Positions 61,067 to 64,000 of a stretch of DNA of 64,000 nt are shown piece after piece (position 1 is the first letter of the stretch; each line of letters starts with the position of its first letter). The DNA is from Tortispora ganteri (Eukaryota). Both the position numbers and the translations under genes were made by a program. The stretch is from contig PPNB01000002.1 in NCBI GenBank assembly GCA_003707115.1, positions 496,001 through 560,000 of the forward strand, read 5' to 3'. Below the pieces are notes generated by a model, which had not been told where the DNA came from, made no database searches, and was given only the letters and a program-made list of their open reading frames with translations.

Positions 61067-61972
61067 ATGAACACAGAATACCCCGGAAGGGGCTATGAAA
61101 ACAGCATAGATATGGGATATGGGATGGCTCAGCCGTCAAAGAAAGATAGGAAGAAACAGATTATAACAGAGGGACTCGCGCACTTGCAGGAAGCTTTCAT
61201 AGTACATAAAGATCATCATTATCGTCGGATTCTCCAGGACCTTCAGACCAAACTCACAGGAATTCGACTTGGTACAGATCCCGAGTTTCTCGAGATGTGC
61301 AGAGACCTGGAAGAGTCTAGGGATTACTACCTTGTTGAACTCAAGCTCTGGGATCAGTACCAACGGGAAGCCGCCCACAAGGAGTTCCAAGCAGAGAAAG
61401 ACCTTATACTTGAAGATCACGCCAGCAGGATCCAGGCAGTGCGGTCAAAACTTATTGCCCGTTTAGAGGGTCAGCGGAAACGATTGCGTGAAGACAAGGA
61501 TCTTCTAGATATCGCAAATGACCACTCGCTTATGCTGTCTGGAGGCACCCATGACCACTATACACGCTCCGACAGCCACCAACCGGAAGACTTCATAGAC
61601 AAGCGGAATTTAAGACGCCGCGCTGGACCTGGTGGCACACCGCTTTACGATATTCTCTCGGACAATGGTACATCGAGCCCTACAGGCAGCAGCCATCCAA
61701 AGAGACGATCGCGGCATGATACCGTAGGCGACGGCGGCGAAGGTTCCGGTTACGGATCGGCTACGGCTGGCACAGGCGCAAGCGACCACGAGCGACCTGG
61801 TCGTGATATAGACGATATAGCGGCATTCTGGTCCGATAGAGAGACGGGTGTGCGATCAAGAGGCAAAGAATCGCGATCTAACAAGTCATTTACAGGTGTA
61901 TCGAGCTTGACTTCAGAGGAAATTATTGATGATATTATGTTACTTAGGAAAAAGGCTAAACGGAAAATTTAA
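61067..61972 (+). CDS. SDS3: Sds3-like subunit of the Rpd3L/Sin3 HDAC complex
   Basis: SKKDRKK...L..L...F...KD..Y...L..LQ coiled coil; C-terminal L...EI.DD...L. Confidence 0.75.
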   Translation: MNTEYPGRGYENSIDMGYGMAQPSKKDRKKQIITEGLAHLQEAFIVHKDHHYRRILQDLQTKLTGIRLGTDPEFLEMCRDLEESRDYYLVELKLWDQYQREAAHKEFQAEKDLILEDHASRIQAVRSKLIARLEGQRKRLREDKDLLDIANDHSLMLSGGTHDHYTRSDSHQPEDFIDKRNLRRRAGPGGTPLYDILSDNGTSSPTGSSHPKRRSRHDTVGDGGEGSGYGSATAGTGASDHERPGRDIDDIAAFWSDRETGVRSRGKESRSNKSFTGVSSLTSEEIIDDIMLLRKKAKRKI

Positions 61973-62615
61973 AACGTTAACGCCTTATTCGAGTCTTCTT
62001 TTATGAGATCGTACATCTTTATTGGCATAATGGGTTTTCCTTGAGCATCAGCAACATACTTAAAAGGCATCTCCACCGTCTCCCGCTTATTGATATGTAT
62101 TTCAGGGTATGTCACATACGGGATTTTATCTAGCGGTGTACCTTCTAGCACGAGCTTTGTGACTCGCACAGCTGTGTCCGTAGTCATCTGGATATCACCT
62201 AACCGTCTACCTGCGAATCCGTACTTCCTCAACTCGCCAGTCCTGTCCTGAGGAGGATCATCTCCTGTGTGTGAAAGTTAGTTAGAATGTTTGTAATAAC
62301 GCATTATATTGAGAACTTACCTAAGATGCCGCCAAACAGCAGCCATTCAAATTGTTCAGCATCTTCTGGAGATAGATCTATTTCTGCTTTAGGGTCTAAT
62401 AAACATACTTTGACCGGATCAATGCCTTCAATGCTTCGAACATCTTTGGTAGTGCGCTGAATGTCTTCGAGCTCTTCAGGGAACAGATCTATGGTCTCCT
62501 GTGGAACTGAAGTCAACATGAAGTTCTCTTTACCAACTAAATTGCTGATCTCTTTGTATTCCAACTTGACCCAGTCCGATACGCCAGCCTCTAAATGCTC
62601 AATAACCACTTTCAT
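61969..62615 (-). CDS. SFM1: SPOUT protein-arginine methyltransferase; exon 1 62615-62321, intron 62320-62265, exon 2 62264-61969
   Basis: GTAAGT donor, CTAAC branch and CAG acceptor. The splice restores FGGILGDDPPQDRT; also VIEHLE, VCLLDP, QMTTDTAV and EMPFKYV. Confidence 0.9.
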
Positions 62616-62769
62616 GGCGGGGTGTAGCTAGTGAAAAAAGGTATTTGCAAAAGTCAATTAGAGTTTTTACCAGATCAAAATGATATTTCTTTATATACGC
62701 CTATTAAGACCCATATAAATACCAAGAATGTAACTATATAAATACATATTGTACTCTTTTCTAGAGGTA

Positions 62770-62939
62770 TTATATGGGTAGTGATATTTTGTGGATAGCG
62801 ACATCTGTTTTCATGTACCATTAAAGGAAAAAGCAGGTGCAAGTGTACACTCATATAAGTGAATTTCCCGAATTGGATTCTTGTCCGGATTAACGCGTAT
62901 ACAGACTATAATGCGGCAAGTAGACCACGGCTTACATGA
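62770..62939 (+). ncRNA. Candidate box H/ACA snoRNA
   Basis: TATATAAA 62735-42. Hairpin 1 CATCTGTTTT/AAAGCAGGTG; ANANNA (ATATAA) at 62853-58. Hairpin 2 CCG..TGG..CTTG..CCG / CGG.CAAG..CCA.CGG; ACA at 62934-36. Confidence 0.45.
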
Positions 62940-63015
62940 TGATATAATCATATACTATAATAAGACAACCAAAATTAACAATGCGATATTATATTTGGAA
63001 CTAGACACAAATAAA

Positions 63016-64000
63016 TTAATCAGAAGCTACTGCAAACATCAAAGTAGCACCTGCAAACATTGCGAGAATTTGAACTAACATTCTTTTCAACTCAGTCTGC
63101 GGAGGGTCACCTTTCTGCAGCTCCAGGAGTTCAGGGACCGCACCCACTGTTCCAATATATAGGAATGTGCCGGCAGTGAATGGTAGAACGAGATCTGATG
63201 CCGAAAGCCCTGTTCCAAACAGTCCGATGCTGTTCAATGAAGAGACAGACGGGTCTGCGCCAATGAAACTTTGAATTGCAATTCCTATGAGTGTTCCGAG
63301 GAATGCGCCAAGTGCCGTTATGAACTGGGCACCCATTGCCTGGAACTTAGTCATTCCACCAGAGATCAGGAGGGCAAAGTCGCCGACCTCGTGTGGGATC
63401 TCGTGAAAGAATACAGCCATTGTGGTAACAGAACCGACGCTAGTCGAGATATAGAAGGAGGCAGCGATCGCCAGACCGTCAGTGATATTGTGAGTAAAGT
63501 CTGCAGCCATATTGAGGTATGCAGAAGGTCTAATTACGGGGAGCGGCTCGGGTGCCTTTTCAGCTTTTTTATGTGCGGAACGTAGAGATCTTTTTCGTGG
63601 TGTTTCGAGCTCCTGTCTCGCAGAGGAGACAGCCGAGTCAGACTCGAGGTGCGAGTGCGAGTGCGAGTGCGAGTGCGAATGCGAATGCGAGTGGTCGTGC
63701 GCGTGGTCGTGGCCGCCGGAGGTCAGAATTCTAAGAAGTTTGTCAAGGAAGACGAAGAGCGCGAAACCAAAGAAGATGGCAGCGCCGAGGACGAGATTAC
63801 GCTTCTCATAGACCAAAACAAAGCGAACAGAGTCGTGGTCACCTTCACCAAGGAAAGTTTGCGGGAGCAGGTGGAAGAACACGTCACCGAGAAGGCCGCC
63901 AATTGCGAAGGAGACGAGCGTTGATAGACTGGCTGGGTTAATATCTTTAGGAATGAACATAAGAATGAGGTTAGGAGGTCCTGAAATATACGCTGTAGCA
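63016..64000 (-). CDS. YKE4: ZIP/LIV-1 zinc transporter (5' truncated by window edge)
   Basis: Frame is open to the window end (ATAYISGPPN). FAIGGLLGDVFFHLLP, His-rich loop, DFTHNITDGLAI and HEIPHEVGDFA. Confidence 0.93.
   Translation of the reverse strand, partial: ATAYISGPPNLILMFIPKDINPASLSTLVSFAIGGLLGDVFFHLLPQTFLGEGDHDSVRFVLVYEKRNLVLGAAIFFGFALFVFLDKLLRILTSGGHDHAHDHSHSHSHSHSHSHSHLESDSAVSSARQELETPRKRSLRSAHKKAEKAPEPLPVIRPSAYLNMAADFTHNITDGLAIAASFYISTSVGSVTTMAVFFHEIPHEVGDFALLISGGMTKFQAMGAQFITALGAFLGTLIGIAIQSFIGADPSVSSLNSIGLFGTGLSASDLVLPFTAGTFLYIGTVGAVPELLELQKGDPPQTELKRMLVQILAMFAGATLMFAVASD
63649..63693. repeat. Coding hexanucleotide repeat (GTGCGA/ATGCGA)n encoding the His-Ser tract of Yke4
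   Basis: About 7 tandem units, read as HSHSHS... on the minus strand. Confidence 0.85.

Noticed and set aside
1..64000. Transposons, LTRs, CRISPR arrays, rRNA, tRNA and NUMTs
   Set aside because: No gag/pol/transposase ORFs, long terminal repeats, spaced repeat arrays or recognisable rRNA/tRNA sequence seen; intergenic regions were inspected by eye only.

Overview
Very compact, intron-poor ascomycete yeast DNA using the standard code. It holds 39 protein-coding genes in 64 kb, with VPS13 and YKE4 running off the ends. All six inferred introns start GTAAGT and have a short branch-to-AG distance. Retention of kinesin-1, a SidL-type siderophore acyltransferase and a Ubc15/UBE2G1-type E2 points to an early-diverging Saccharomycotina lineage (inference). 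The ORF track misses spliced first or internal exons of RPL8, QCR6, PEF1 and SFM1. The main interest is non-coding. (1) A ~1 kb ORF-free, heavily base-paired plus-strand region between PGS1 and PEF1 (~22985-23985) shows telomerase-RNA-like architecture: a pseudoknot with a U-rich loop and inserted hairpin, an enclosing helix, long arms, 5'/3' closure and a 3' Sm site. No canonical TTAGGG template could be found in it. (2) An intron-encoded snR47/U36-type C/D snoRNA sits in a non-coding host transcript. (3) Further snoRNA candidates lie in the RPL8 intron, at ~27.2 kb and at ~62.8 kb. (4) Telomere-like TTAGGG promoter elements recur, and ribosomal-protein promoters share a three-motif module. 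No transposons, CRISPR arrays, rRNA or tRNA genes were seen. All RNA structures were found by eye, not computed.
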